NCBI GenBank assembly: GCA_977018835.1 | Contig: OZ361256.1 | Location: 5,146,001-5,210,000, forward strand | Direction of reading: 5' to 3' | Source: Minutocellus sp. GHC0000111 | Taxonomy: Eukaryota | DNA: 64,000 nucleotides | In this document: in pieces, positions 32,308-44,612 of the stretch | How positions within the stretch are numbered: position 1 is the stretch's first letter | Layout: every line of letters begins with the position of its first letter | Translations under genes and position numbers: made by a program | The notes under the pieces: generated by a model | Seen by the model: the letters and a program-made list of their open reading frames with translations, nothing else | Told to the model about the DNA's origin: nothing | The model's database searches: none

Positions 32308-32621
32308 CTTGGCAATCAGAAAATGAAAAATGAACGGTTGTCGAGGAGCACGTACGTACCGTACGGAAGGAAAAGAGAGTACAAAAAACATGTCCTGGGT
32401 CGGTCAGCCGCGAGGTCGTGACTTTGCATTTGCGACGACGTCACCCGCCACTTCAATGAGGATCCGCCAGGCGGTAGATTCCCAAGTGCGGCCCGTTCGA
32501 TAACGGCAGCACATCGCCGCCCTCCCACAGCGGCGACAGTTGCCTCTTGGATGATTCATCAGGGATCAGTGTGACGGGTCGCCCCTCTACAATTGCGCGC
32601 GAAAACTAACGCTGCCACACC

Positions 32622-35600
32622 ATGTGGAACAAAAGTAAAGCATTTCACTTTGCGAAGAACAAGTCCTCGATTCTCACTACCATTTTGGAGAATGACGACG
32701 ACAGCCTGAAGCATGCTGGCGATGACGATGCCGTCGATAACGACGATGATCGTATCGAGGAGGGTTGCGATGACAACGATGATTCAGATGACGACGACGG
32801 CATCTGTGGCAAAAAGAAGAAGAGCTGGAAGGTATGCGACATTGACTGTCGAATCTCGGTGCAGACCTGTGCTGGCGTTCTGGAGTATCTTGCTATGGGA
32901 GTCCCCACGTCATCCATACCACACTACAACAACGTCGTAGATGAAGAGGATCGCGTCGAGGAAGATGTGGATCGGCAGGAACGATTGCTCACCACTGCGC
33001 TGGCCATTTTGGTGGATAGTACGAGTCAGGGACCAGATCCACTGTCTCTCTCAGCTCTTGGCTGGGCCTATGGTCTTGGAGCTGGTGGCGGTATGGGCGA
33101 CTGGGGAGCCTGCAATTATGTTCCAGGAGACATCGGTGGGGAGCTGCGTGAGTTGGAGAATACCGTGTCTTCCAAGATGCAAATTGATTACGGCGTGCCG
33201 GTATCCAACTACACCATGGATTTCCCTGCCACACGCTTTTGTACCGTCGGCGGTCTTCCTCCACACAAGCAACCTTATGCACCTGGTGCACTCTGGCAGC
33301 CTCCCATTGCGGGTATATGTGTTCCTTCGTCTTGTACCAGTCGGGATCTTCTGTCTCTCTTCGGTGATGATGATTTCCGTGAGAACTTGCTACGACATTC
33401 AGCTACAATTGAGAAATCCTTTGATTCCACAACGAGCTTGGACATTGGCAATATCACCAACGTCACCACCAGTTTAGAGTCGGTGCGTATCCCACCAGCA
33501 GCTTCGCGTCGCTACAAGTATGTCTCGTCCCTGGCGCTTTCCATTTCAACCGGTATAAAATTCAAGATGGGCATTCAATGCGCAGGGGAGACTGGTCTTG
33601 CAGAATTAGATGATGCCTTCATGGGGACTGCCTTCCGTGGATATGATTATTGGTGCACCGTCGGACTAATTATTGTCCTTCTTTGCCTCGTGGCAATTGG
33701 AACTTTAACTTCTGGTCGGACCAAGGACGGGGAACGAGTCCATAACGAGCAATCGAGAGAAAATGCGAATGGAGAAACTGCCGGTTTAATTATTGATAAT
33801 AATTTGGGAGACTCGACAAACTTAGGTGGGGAGAGATATTATGGGTCAACAGAGCGAAATGGCTCTTTACAATCCAATGGAGACATAAAAAAGAATGGGC
33901 ATCGCTTCTGTTTATCAAATCTTGATGGGTGCTTTTCGGGAACGCAGAGGTCTATCGAGAATGGCATTTCTTTGTCCCTTGACCTCCTTGGGCGCTACTT
34001 TGTTTCGTTCGATGCAACACAGTCGTTCTACGAGATAACTCGTATGTCTCGAGGTATCCGCTATGACGACGTAGCCCACCAACAGGCCACGAAAGCGACA
34101 GGTGGTGTAGCATTGGATAGGGCTTACAGTTCTATGGGTCTCTTTCCTTCGTTTCCATCTACTGGAGAGGATGGCGATGGTTTGGACGGCGATGCTGCCC
34201 CAAGATCAGAATCTGTTTCGTCCTCGCAAATCCTGAATGGACTGCGCAGCATATCGATGTTATGGATTATCTTGGGACACACAATAGGTGAGTATGGTTC
34301 GTAATTGGTGACTTTTGCAGCAATTGGCGCCAGTGCATTTTCATTCCTAGAAAAATTCTATTTATTTGATTGCTCATTGCACGTTCCTACTTCCCGATCC
34401 TTTTTTACCTATTTATCCAGTCGTCCAATCCAGTGTAGGATATCAGAATCCAATGGCCGTCCTTCCGCCTACAGGCATGATTGCCTCGACGCCCGCAATG
34501 TTCTTCTTCAGCGCACGCTATGCAGTTGATACTTTCTTTTTCATTGGCGGTTACCTTGTAATGAGCGGGATGTTGAAGGTGAGTTCGATTGCGCAATGCC
34601 TTTCTGATCCACCGTTTGATTAATTGGACCCATGGGTTACTCATTTCATCAATGCTGCGTTGTGTCCTACAATCACAGAAATTAGACCCAATAGTTCATG
34701 CTCACAACAATATCAATGAAGGTAGCGATGTTGAGCAGTGGATGTACAAATTGAAGCTCGCAAGTCCTTTCCACCGAGTGCTTGGGACTTATGCTCACAG
34801 GCTGCAAAACAGCAAAAAATCGTCTGAAGCCCCCCTTGGTGTGACAAAGTGGTTCATTCCATTTGTTCTTCATCGAGTATTACGAATCCTTCCCACTTGT
34901 AAGTCTTACGGGAACTTGTCGATTGCATGCTGCTGAGTGGAGAGGTCTTTGTATTTTTTCGTTCCTCACATACAGATTGAAATTTTTTGTCTACCTCAGA
35001 CGGTTTCGTCCTTCTCGTTTGGTGGAAGTTAGCGGTAACCTGGGGAGAAGGCCCATTTTGGCCTCGCTGGGCTACCTTTGTTGCCCAATGTGATAAGTAT
35101 GCGTGGACAAACATGCTCTTTATCAACAATCTCGTTCCATCGGATCAAAAATTTGGGGAATCAAGCGAGTGCATGTATCATGCATGGTATTTGGGCGTCG
35201 ACTTTCAGCTCTGCGCGGTCCTCACACCAATATTTGTGAGCCTCTTCCTACGGAGAGGTTGTCGTCGCCTCGCTATAATCCTCGAGCTTCTTCTGGTTAT
35301 TTTGGTAATTGTTATGACATTCGTCAACACATACCTTCGTGATTGGTCAGGGCACCTGATGGACGGCAAGCAGACTCTACAGTATGATCGAGAGGCCTAC
35401 ATCAATCCATTTTATCGGGCGATACCTTACCTCGTTGGATTCATTACTGCTCAAATTTGGCACGAGAAGAGTCGCATCTGTCCCAATCTGGGGCTACGAA
35501 GATGTGTGAGTTGTTGCGATGCGACCAAGAATTGCAAAGCCTTTTAAAAATATTTGCATTGTACTGAAGAGTAGCATGAGATGCATCTCATTCTAACCTT

Positions 35601-36174
35601 TCCTTGTCATTCCATTTCTTTCTCTCAACAAACCAAAAAATAGGCGAGCACCACCTTGTCCGTATTTGCGGCAGGACTCATGGCATCCCTCACATTCACC
35701 GGGTCGAGCGCCTATGACAACTTGCCGTGCCAAAGCTGGCAAAACATGCATACGACCGGCTGCGGCAGCGGTTGGCCGATGCACAAACTAGCCCTGTTCA
35801 ATTCTTTCATGAGACCTCTCTGGAGTCTCGGTCTATTTACTTTATGCCTCTTGGGTTTCAACGGCCAGCTCCATCCCTGGTGTGGTGGTGCGATATTAAA
35901 TTGGGCCGGCTGGGATCCCGTAGCTAAACTATCGTTTGGCATGTACCTCTTACACCCAATGGTCATAAATGTTTGGTTCTTATCCCGGTCAAGCAAGTTC
36001 AGCTATTCCCACGTTGACTTTGTCTTTTTGTGCGCAGGAATTGTAACACTTACATTCCTTTCCGCGCTTTTCGTTGGTATTTTAGTGGAATGGCCATTCA
36101 GTAAGATTACCAAAAATTTCGAGAGCTGGCTATGGAAGGGAAATTTGGCTAAAAGAACTGAGAATAGAGCATAA
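32622..36174 (+). CDS. NRF-6-like membrane O-acyltransferase (acyltransferase-3); join(32622..34287,34421..34578,34679..34898,35000..35505,35644..36174)
   Basis: ICVPSSC, LNGLRSISMLWIILGH, AVDTFFFIGG, HRVLRILP, NMLFINN, WYLGVDFQL, KLSFGMYLLHP and VEWPF. Four GT-AG introns keep the frame. Confidence 0.88.
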
Positions 36175-36376
36175 GAATCCCGAATCCAAATGCAGTATCT
36201 AATAGCAGTAATGGGCACGAAACAAACTGGTCATGCAGCAAGCCAGATGTCGAGATTCTCGGTGTGCAACGAGAAAGCTTAACATTTCATAAAACATAAA
36301 ACATAAAACTGCGTACACAGCTCCTATCCCGCGTTAGATAAATATTACAACTTCTCTTTCGTTTCTTTTGCACGCC

Positions 36377-39320
36377 TTACGAGAAAAGCATCCAACCCGT
36401 GGGTTTGAGAATAGTGTTTTGGTGCGCAGAATCTTCAGTGTCAGCCAGAGTATTCATCCATTTTGCGACCAATCTCAAAATTTGCCTTGCTACGTGGCAT
36501 AGGGTAGGTGAAGACTCTGGGCTGTTGATAACATTAATCAACACAGCAGTGAAGTTCTTGGTATTTGTGAGATTCACCAAGGTCCCTGGCTCTAGGGCGA
36601 GGTTGAAAATTGTTCTGAGCGCAATCTCTTGTTCTTCTATTGTACTCTTCAATGAAATAGACACCAATAGACTGAGTATGGGATCCGTTGCCAGAATAAT
36701 TCTACTTTCTGCACACGCCGCTGATATATTTTGGAAGGACCTCAAAGCATAGAGGCGATCGTCGAGACCTTTGACCTTGCCACTCGCCACAAGAACTTTT
36801 ATCACATCGGTGTTCGATGCAAGCATTTCATTATTGCCAGAAAATCGAGTCAAATGGCATAATATTTCGAGAGGTCGCTTATACATTGGAGATCTTGGAT
36901 TCCTGCACAAAGAAATGATTGCCTCCAAAAAGGCCTTGTCTTTGCACAAAATTGCGGAAGAAGCGCAGTCTTTGGCCAAATGGGAGAACGCAGCGCAACA
37001 GTTGACACGTGAGAGTGATAAATTTTCTTGATAGCGGGCATCTTTGCATTGGCGAATGGTCATCGAGGCCCGTGACGAAGAGCTATTCGCCTTCTTCATA
37101 CTTCCACATCTCGACGAATTGCCTCGGCTTTGACTTTGACTTCCTCCATTGGAATCGGAGTTCATTGAAGAAAAGGAGGCAGACACACCATCATTCTTGT
37201 TGCTCTTGTCGCGTTGATCATATCGACCGCTCATAATATCGGCTAACAACAAAATAAAGCCATCGGTCTCGACGAGAGGCATCTTGTTTTGCTGCATCTT
37301 GGACATCATCACTAGGCTTCGACAGGCAGCAACCCTTGCTTCTCCTTTATCTTTCCTAATGACATCAATGAGAGATTTGATCAAGCCCGGATGTTGCGCC
37401 AGAAGCACCCGATTTTCTTTGACCTCTGACAAGTGCGAGATAGCTATTGTCGCTCGAGTTTGAGCTTCAAGGTGTACATCTCTTTCTTCTCCAACTTGGC
37501 CCCCGTCATTAATAGCAAGAATAAGAGCATCTACGAGAATGCGAGTTCTCGCAAGTGCTGCTGCCTTTTTCTTGTTTGAGGCCATCATTTTGATCGTTCC
37601 ACAGGCATTGCTTCGCCTCCCAATAGAAGTACTCAACATAGCTGCGATCAGTGCCGCCTGCTCAGGCGGTGGGTCGATCCATTTGACTTTCACGGGTACA
37701 ACATCGACTGTATTGTCAGCTAAAATATGTTCCGGGCTTTTGGTATGGGAAATAGTGGTCGCGACATTTGGATCCGAATCGGCTCTTTCGGCGCATTCGT
37801 TTGTTACGGCCATCCTCTTTTCTCCTTTGTCGATACCACTTGTCCCACCACCATTTCCTTCATCGGGTACTGTGACCTCTGTGTACTCGGAAGAATCGTC
37901 ATTCTTGTCAATATTGTCAACATCTGCAACAGTGTCCTTTTCTTGAAATCCACGCCGCGCTTGCAAGTCCACATTTGGTTCTGATTGGTACGTGACCTCA
38001 GTGAATTCTGAATTATTGTCGTCGTCGCCAAAGCTATTGACCTCAGCAATCGCGCTTGAAACAGTTTCATCTCTCCTAACATGATCTGGTCCACGGCGCT
38101 GGACTTCAGAGGGTAAAAAAAATATTAGAGACTGCTCTTTGGGGCGCTTTTGGAGGTTTGTTCCGTGTCCTCCTGCCCCTGGTGGAGATGACAGAATGGG
38201 GTGCGAACGATAGGTCTTCGACGGCACTAGGAGCGATGCTTTCAGTGTAAATGCCAGATGGATTCTCCGTCACAAAGGAGGATTGCATTGTTCCCATATC
38301 AAAATCATCGTCTTTCGAATAATACGATGACTCATCGCTCTCTGTCAAACGAAAGCTCTCCTTCGTATTGCTACTTTTGCTTCTGCTCCCACTTAGATCC
38401 TCTGACTGGCTAGATTCATCACTGAGGCGAAACATGTCGTCTTCGAAGTCCCAACTAGCCGATGAAGCTGCGAATTTCTTGATATCCATATCCTGAGCTA
38501 GCTGTCTGGTATCCGAAATGAGCTTCTTGGCGCTTTGAGCTGTCTCTTCGGCGTAGGCAATGCCAGCCTTGACTCCATGGATCACCTCTCTTCCCCCGGG
38601 TGCATTCTTGGCTGCCCTACCCGCGACGTTGCCGGCGATTCCGATGCCCGCACGAATGTTCTTGTCAAGTTCGTCGTCGGCCACCAAACCCATTGGTAGA
38701 CCGCCACAATCGCCAAGGTGATTCCGTGCAAGAGTGTTGAGATTTCGGATCGGTAGGGGAATTCCTGTCTTGGCAGATATGGCATTGTTGGGCGCAACAC
38801 CAACATTGCTGGTGGCAGAAGGTTGATTTGCCTGCTTCATCAAACTGACAGATGTGGGGGCAGTATCTCGAGTCAGCGAGATATCGTCGATTGCACTTTG
38901 CCGCTCACATTTGCTCATCTTTGGATTTTGGTGGGAATCGGAAGGAGTGGTCTCTTCTCTTGCTTCTTTGTGCTGCTGCTTGGTGACAATGTCAGTGTGA
39001 TCGGCTTCCTCGAAAGAATCGCGGAGGGCCAAGATGTCATCGTTATCATCTTCTTGGTAGTGGCTCGGACCAGCGTCGCCGTTGTAATTGCCTCCCACCA
39101 AAGTCGACGACCTCAAGGCTTCCACATCATCCCTGGGATGGGAGGCACTCGCCCCCTTCTCCATTATCGTACCGGTCGTCGCTGGCATCGTCGTGCCTGC
39201 TTGGATCTCAATCTCGATTTCATTCGGCACATCACGTGGTGCGTTTGGAGCCTTCATTCTTCGGGAGCTTAGATGTGCGAATGCCTTCTTCTTCTTCTTT
39301 GGGCGTTTTGCTTTTGCCAA
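36377..39320 (-). CDS. Armadillo-repeat protein with long disordered N-terminus; frameshift at the A8 run 38115-38122
   Basis: The C-terminal ORF has ARM-like repeats (ACGTIKMMASNKK, AISHLSEVKENR, LEILCHLTRFSGN). Removing one base from the run joins the upstream ORF (...VSNIF-LPSEVQ...). Start uncertain. Confidence 0.65.
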
Positions 39321-39409
39321 TCTCTGAAGAATGACGAAGAAGTCAAGTCGGTTGGGCTGGTGGCGGTGATTGACTTGATGATGGGAAACCCTCGCAGAAA
39401 GCGAGACCA

Positions 39410-39465
39410 GCCAAACTTCCGGGTTTCATGTTTCAGCCCTACTAACGGCCAAACTTCCGGGTTTC
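39410..39465. promoter_or_regulatory. 18-bp direct repeat in a divergent promoter (ACTTCCGGGT core)
   Basis: gccaaacttccgggtttc at 39410-39427 and 39448-39465, between head-to-head genes. The same 10-mer occurs at 21161-21170 and 46994-47003. Confidence 0.5.
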
Positions 39466-39556
39466 TCTAGTCAGTGGCGCGGCGCGTGGCGGCGAGGGGG
39501 GGCGGCCAGCTCAGCCCCCGGGCCGTGTCCTGAGTGAGTTCGTCATTTTCTCAACC

Positions 39557-41278
39557 TTGGCTGCTCTTCGGCGCCGCCCCTTTGCCTATGCGTCGGCGTC
39601 GGTATTAGCAACCACCGCCGCATATGCTAGCATTGTGGAATGGGAGACGGAAAGCCGCGAGCAGCGGTATCTGGATGAGACGACCAACTCCTCGACAGCC
39701 TCAATGATGACGACCCGGCCTTTTAACGGGAATGCACAGATCAAGAGACGGTTCACCCTCCAAGCGATCGATGGAGTGACTCACATTGAGCGCCGTCCAA
39801 CTGCGGACATGCAGTCGTCTGGTGCCTCCTCACCTTCTTCGTCGTCGTCGCCGCCACAGCTACCGCGCCAATATAATGCACGGCTAATTGAAGAGTATTG
39901 GAGCAACCGTCCCATTACGGTGGCATCTCGATTGTTGGAAATTATCACCGAATTGTCACCACTGGCATGGGCCTATGTTCGAGACTTCAAGCTATCCTCT
40001 GCCGACGACCGAACAGAGGAGGAGAATAAGTCTCTGCAGCACGAACAAGCCTCCAAACTGCGACGTGCACTGACCAGACTCGGCCCGGCTTTCATCAAGA
40101 TAGGACAGCAATTATCCATCCGGCCAGATTTGGTGCCTCCGTCTGTTCTGGCAGAACTTCAAAAGTTGTGTGATAGTGTCGAGCCTGTCCCAGATGAAGT
40201 ATCATTGGATGTGTTGAGGGAGGAGCTGGGATGCAGTACGAAGGAGGAATTGCTGGACAAATTTGAGGGTGGACTACTCAAGAGGGTTGCCGCCGCCAGC
40301 CTGGGGGTTGTGTTTCGAGGCACGATCAAGGAATCTGGTGAGGTGGTAGCGATCAAGATTCAGCGTCCTGACATGGTGAAGCGACTTAGCTTGGATTTGT
40401 ATCTGTTGCAATCCTATGGAAAGACGATGGATGCCATTTGTGACGTGCTGACGGAACAGATTCCCTATCACGAAAAGTTTATCAATGCATTCGCCGAGGG
40501 TAGCTACATGGAGCTCGACTACGAGCACGAGGCTGCCAATCAGTTGCGATTCAAACGAGAATTTGAACAGAGACGGTGCCAAGTGTTTGTTCCGGATGTG
40601 CTTGAGGATTTCACCACGAGGCGTGTGATTTGCACTCAGTGGGTTGACGGAGTGAAACTTGTGGACGCTCCGAGGGATCAAATCCGCCGATTGATACCTG
40701 TTGGTGTGGAGATTTTCCTAACGCAATTGTTGGATATTGGCGCCTTTCACTCAGATCCTCATCCAGCAAACCTCTACGTGACTACAGAGGGTAAGCTATG
40801 TCTACTCGATTTTGGTTTATGCGCAGAAATTGACGAACGTTCAAGGCGCGCCATGACATCGGCGATTGTCAACCTCCTTTCTGGTGATTTTCATTCCCTA
40901 ATATCAACTGATGCCAAGGAACTTGGCTTTCTACCACACGATATGGATGTGACGGAGCTCAAGCCAATTTTGACCAAAATTCTCACCAAGGGCTTGCTGG
41001 AATCTGGGTCGAACTTACACGATAGAAAGCGCAAGCTCATGGATATCTCGTCAGATTTGAACGACGTTTTCTTTCGGTACCCTTTTTCAGTTCCGCCCTT
41101 CTTCGCGCTCATTACTAGAGGCTTAGGCTTGTTGGAAGGCATTGCGCTATCCGGCGATCCTGACTTTGATATTTTCAGGGCATCCATGCCATACGCTACG
41201 AAGCGAGCTGTGGAGATATTTGGTGCAAACATTTTGAATGTGCGGAAACTTCAAAGGAGACCAACCATTGAGAACTGA
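39557..41278 (+). CDS. ABC1/UbiB-family atypical protein kinase
   Basis: LGPAFIKIGQQLSIRPD, AAASLG, VAIKIQRP, ELDY..EA.N, FHSDPHPAN and LLDFG. The ORF opens at TTG; first ATG at 39704. Confidence 0.93.
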   Translation: MAALRRRPFAYASASVLATTAAYASIVEWETESREQRYLDETTNSSTASMMTTRPFNGNAQIKRRFTLQAIDGVTHIERRPTADMQSSGASSPSSSSSPPQLPRQYNARLIEEYWSNRPITVASRLLEIITELSPLAWAYVRDFKLSSADDRTEEENKSLQHEQASKLRRALTRLGPAFIKIGQQLSIRPDLVPPSVLAELQKLCDSVEPVPDEVSLDVLREELGCSTKEELLDKFEGGLLKRVAAASLGVVFRGTIKESGEVVAIKIQRPDMVKRLSLDLYLLQSYGKTMDAICDVLTEQIPYHEKFINAFAEGSYMELDYEHEAANQLRFKREFEQRRCQVFVPDVLEDFTTRRVICTQWVDGVKLVDAPRDQIRRLIPVGVEIFLTQLLDIGAFHSDPHPANLYVTTEGKLCLLDFGLCAEIDERSRRAMTSAIVNLLSGDFHSLISTDAKELGFLPHDMDVTELKPILTKILTKGLLESGSNLHDRKRKLMDISSDLNDVFFRYPFSVPPFFALITRGLGLLEGIALSGDPDFDIFRASMPYATKRAVEIFGANILNVRKLQRRPTIEN

Positions 41279-41367
41279 GGAGTAGAGTCACTGTACTAGT
41301 ATATGTTATGATACAATTGTAAATGAATTCAATGTGCACTCTATTCAAGGATTAGATTTCCTTCTGT

Positions 41368-42813
41368 TCATGAGATCAAGTGAATTAATATCGGGCCAAG
41401 CGCGAGTGCAATAGCAGTTGCAGATGCGTAGCCAAGCACCCCAATCAACAACGCCGGGAGGACCCTCCTCGGCCACTCCTTTCCCTTCGCCATCGCAGCT
41501 GCAGTGGTCGGTCCACCAACATTAGCGTTTGAGGCAAGGAACAAATCCCTGCTATCAAGACGGAACGCCAACTTGCCTAAAATAAGCAAACATGCAAAAT
41601 GAACCGCAATCTGAAGTGCCGAGAATAAGAATAAGCTCGGTGCTTGCTGAAAGACCTGCTTGATTGATCCCGCAGCACCCGAAACTGCGAAGAACATCTG
41701 CATAATCAATACTCCAAGGGCTGCGCCCGAAGGAACCAGTTTTGAAAAAAATCGTGGGAAAATTGTGGCCGATGCCACTGTCAAAAGAGAAATCAGAGGC
41801 AAAGACGAGGTGCCTGGTAGTACTTTTCTGGTCAACATCCCCCCAAACGTTACCAGACACGACGATAAACAAAGCGATGTTCCAATCGATGACAATGTGA
41901 TGCCAATTCCGCCATCAGATGGCACATCTTCGATACTTTCTGGGTCTATAACGTCCATTTCGGAGTCTTTGCTTCCTCCCTTCTGACTCAAATCATCATT
42001 TTCTTCGCCGGTCTTGGCCAAGTAGAAGAGGAAGCTGAAATATATTGCCACGACAACGTTATCGGCTGCAATCGCCGCACTCACTGCGCTACTATGGACA
42101 TTCAACGAGTCTGCTACTGCCACGAAATTAATCGCGCCGCCTATGTGGCGTGCCGCAAGAGCACATGCCACTCTCCATCCCTGATCGATCCCAAGAGATT
42201 TGAGAGGGATGAGAGGAAAAGCAACCAAGGTACCAATAATCGTTGACACAGCGCCAACCACAAACGCCAACAACAACGAGCCAGTATCGGTTACAATTCG
42301 ACGAATGTCAGAGTCGAACAGAAAGAGCGGAACAGCCAATGGAACCAAACTTTTGTTGACCAGGTTGTACACTGGTGAACTGAAGGGAACGACCCCCATG
42401 TTGGCCACCAGAAGAGCGAGAGCCATAGTGACTATGTTGGCCGATAGGGCCTTCCCAATCTGCGTTCTTCGTTCTGTTACAATGCCAGCCATTGTAAGCA
42501 GTAGGACCGACCACAGTACAAAAGATGGATCTGCATGCAGGGAACTCAGGGCTTTCAACGCCGACGGTGATGACGGTGACTGAATTTCATGTCGACGCCG
42601 AACAGATGGAAATGGGAACAAGACACCTTGAGATGGGAGGGGAGTGTGGGTGTCAGGGATTGTGATGCGAGGTGTCGAAGCAACCGGCGGCGCAAACGCA
42701 TAGGATGTGCTGATTAATGACGAAGGGAGGATGCATATTGTGATCAATGCAATGGATTTAGGCGCAACAGCCACGCAAAGGGCGGCAGCCCCGGTTGATC
42801 TTGTCCTCCTCAT
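41368..42813 (-). CDS. DUF819 (YjcL-like) multi-pass membrane protein, predicted plastid-targeted
   Basis: PLAVPLFLF, HIGGAINFVAV, IAADN and LASNANVGGPTTAAAMA. Presequence with SYA-FAP. Confidence 0.85.
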   Translation of the reverse strand: MRRTRSTGAAALCVAVAPKSIALITICILPSSLISTSYAFAPPVASTPRITIPDTHTPLPSQGVLFPFPSVRRRHEIQSPSSPSALKALSSLHADPSFVLWSVLLLTMAGIVTERRTQIGKALSANIVTMALALLVANMGVVPFSSPVYNLVNKSLVPLAVPLFLFDSDIRRIVTDTGSLLLAFVVGAVSTIIGTLVAFPLIPLKSLGIDQGWRVACALAARHIGGAINFVAVADSLNVHSSAVSAAIAADNVVVAIYFSFLFYLAKTGEENDDLSQKGGSKDSEMDVIDPESIEDVPSDGGIGITLSSIGTSLCLSSCLVTFGGMLTRKVLPGTSSLPLISLLTVASATIFPRFFSKLVPSGAALGVLIMQMFFAVSGAAGSIKQVFQQAPSLFLFSALQIAVHFACLLILGKLAFRLDSRDLFLASNANVGGPTTAAAMAKGKEWPRRVLPALLIGVLGYASATAIALALGPILIHLIS

Positions 42814-43000
42814 CTTCCTCTGCTCTTGCCGCTTTGGCTCTGTGGATTTTTGTGGACGAGCTTCGAGTTTGGTTTGAGCAGCGACCAAGCTACCCCAAGG
42901 AATGCATGCACTTTGAGCCGGACAGACCCTTTCAACCAGACACAACACGTGCAAGCAAAAGCAGGGAGCAGATACCGCTGCCCCGCACGGAAAGAGAAGC

Positions 43001-43744
43001 ATGTTCGCAGCACGGAGAGCGGCCTCGTCCCTCGCTAGGGGACCGGCCGGTCGGATGATGGGTCGGCAGACTGTGGTCAGGCAGGGTGCCCAGCAGCAAC
43101 AACGGAGGAACATGGGCGGTGGAGGGTGAGTTTTTACGGAGCTTTCCGTTGGTCGTGAACTAACAACGACGCGGTGAAACGAGGAGCGGCTGCTGCTGGT
43201 GTCAGGGATGTTCGGGAGCGGTAGCGATGAGGTGTGGCTCCCCCCCCCCGTGGGTGGAGATACGTCGCAACATCAAACCAAGGGATTCGCTCTAAGGCTG
43301 TTGAACAGCTTATGTTTGGCCGCCAGATGGGTGGCCGTTTGTCCGCACCGATTCGATTCTCCTGATGTCGATTTTTAACTAACCACACATCTTTCCAATT
43401 TCCTCACATATGGTGCTGCCGCTGACGACATAAATAGCCACTGGATGGAGGTTTCGGAAGTCCACACACGAGTCGGAGAGGCATTTGGTTTCATTTGCTG
43501 GATATGGGTATTCCACCGGGCGAGAAATGATCTGCCCGTCGTGTTGGGATGGCGTCACCCCTGGGAGCATGCCGAGGATCCCTGGGCCGTTTCGGACCAT
43601 GTTGATAACGAGGAGGTTGTGGAGCAGGATTGGAATGAATTTATGACCAAAGCGATAAAGCCCGGAGAGGATGACGACGACGATGATGAGGATGATGACG
43701 ACGACGAAGATGATGATGACGACGACGACGACGATGAGGAGTAG
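43001..43744 (+). CDS. NDUFB2: Complex I accessory subunit NDUFB2/AGGG-like; join(43001..43125,43438..43744)
   Basis: Arg-rich mitochondrial presequence, RRNMGGGG, and WIWVFHRARNDLPVVLGWRHPWE like plant NDUFB2. The GT-AG intron keeps the frame. Poly-Asp tail. Confidence 0.8.
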
Positions 43745-43919
43745 AGCTTTTTAATACACTCAAAGCAAGTTGGCTCATGTCGAGTCGACCCCCACGGTCA
43801 TAGCCGCCTCAAGAAATATGCAAACATGTAAAATATGAATAATACTACCGTATGCGAAAGCTGCATTAGATGAGTAGATCTACAGACATCTGTTGGTCGC
43901 TTGAGTTCAGCCATAATCC

Positions 43920-44528
43920 CTATTCCCCTACAATGCAAGTGCGCTTCGTTCCCGTCACTCCCTTGAAGCCACTACCCCTCATCAGATAATATTTCAGTGC
44001 CAGTAGCACTTCGACTGGTCGTTGGGGCTGCCACCAACGTATCCGTCCCGTCGCCTTGTGCGCTGCGAGCAATGAAGCTGCGGTGGCGGCAATGACCGGC
44101 CAACGAAGGAAAAACGGAGGTCTTCGTCGGAGCAGATATTGTTCAATTTGCTCATAAGACTCCAAGATATGATATTTCGACCAATCGGCGTATGCCTCTC
44201 GGCATGCCATTGCCGACACTACCGACATGGCTGCAACAGTTGTGGAATGTTGCTGGAGTTCAATCGCATGGCGAAAGTATTGTCGCTTCACATGTTCGTC
44301 ATCGCTGGGCAGAACTGACCATTGCAGAGCGGCTTTCTGTGCTTGCAAACCATAGAACGCAAAGCATCCGCTGGCCATCCCGCAACACAGAGGGATGAAT
44401 CCGTTGCGTATCGCGCCCTCTATTGGTGGCAACATCGTATTATTGTAACGTTCTGGTCGTTTTTCTTCCTTGACTTCTTCGAGATGGGATAGGATGATGG
44501 GAACGACCGGTACCTTACGTAACGCCAT
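43920..44528 (-). CDS. Hypothetical protein with hydrophobic segments
   Basis: ORF of about 200 aa filling the gap, divergent from CDC123. No recognised motif. Confidence 0.4.
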   Translation of the reverse strand: MALRKVPVVPIILSHLEEVKEEKRPERYNNTMLPPIEGAIRNGFIPLCCGMASGCFAFYGLQAQKAALQWSVLPSDDEHVKRQYFRHAIELQQHSTTVAAMSVVSAMACREAYADWSKYHILESYEQIEQYLLRRRPPFFLRWPVIAATAASLLAAHKATGRIRWWQPQRPVEVLLALKYYLMRGSGFKGVTGTKRTCIVGE

Positions 44529-44612
44529 TACCAATGACCTCTCAAATTTCCGCGTGCTTTGCTGGCGATGGCCTTGGCATGTGGCGCACGCATGCGCCAC
44601 AAATTTTCAGCC

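Noticed and set aside
43126..43437. Possible C/D snoRNA in the long NDUFB2 intron
   Set aside because: A CTGA is present, but I found no convincing RTGATGA box, terminal stem or rRNA complement.
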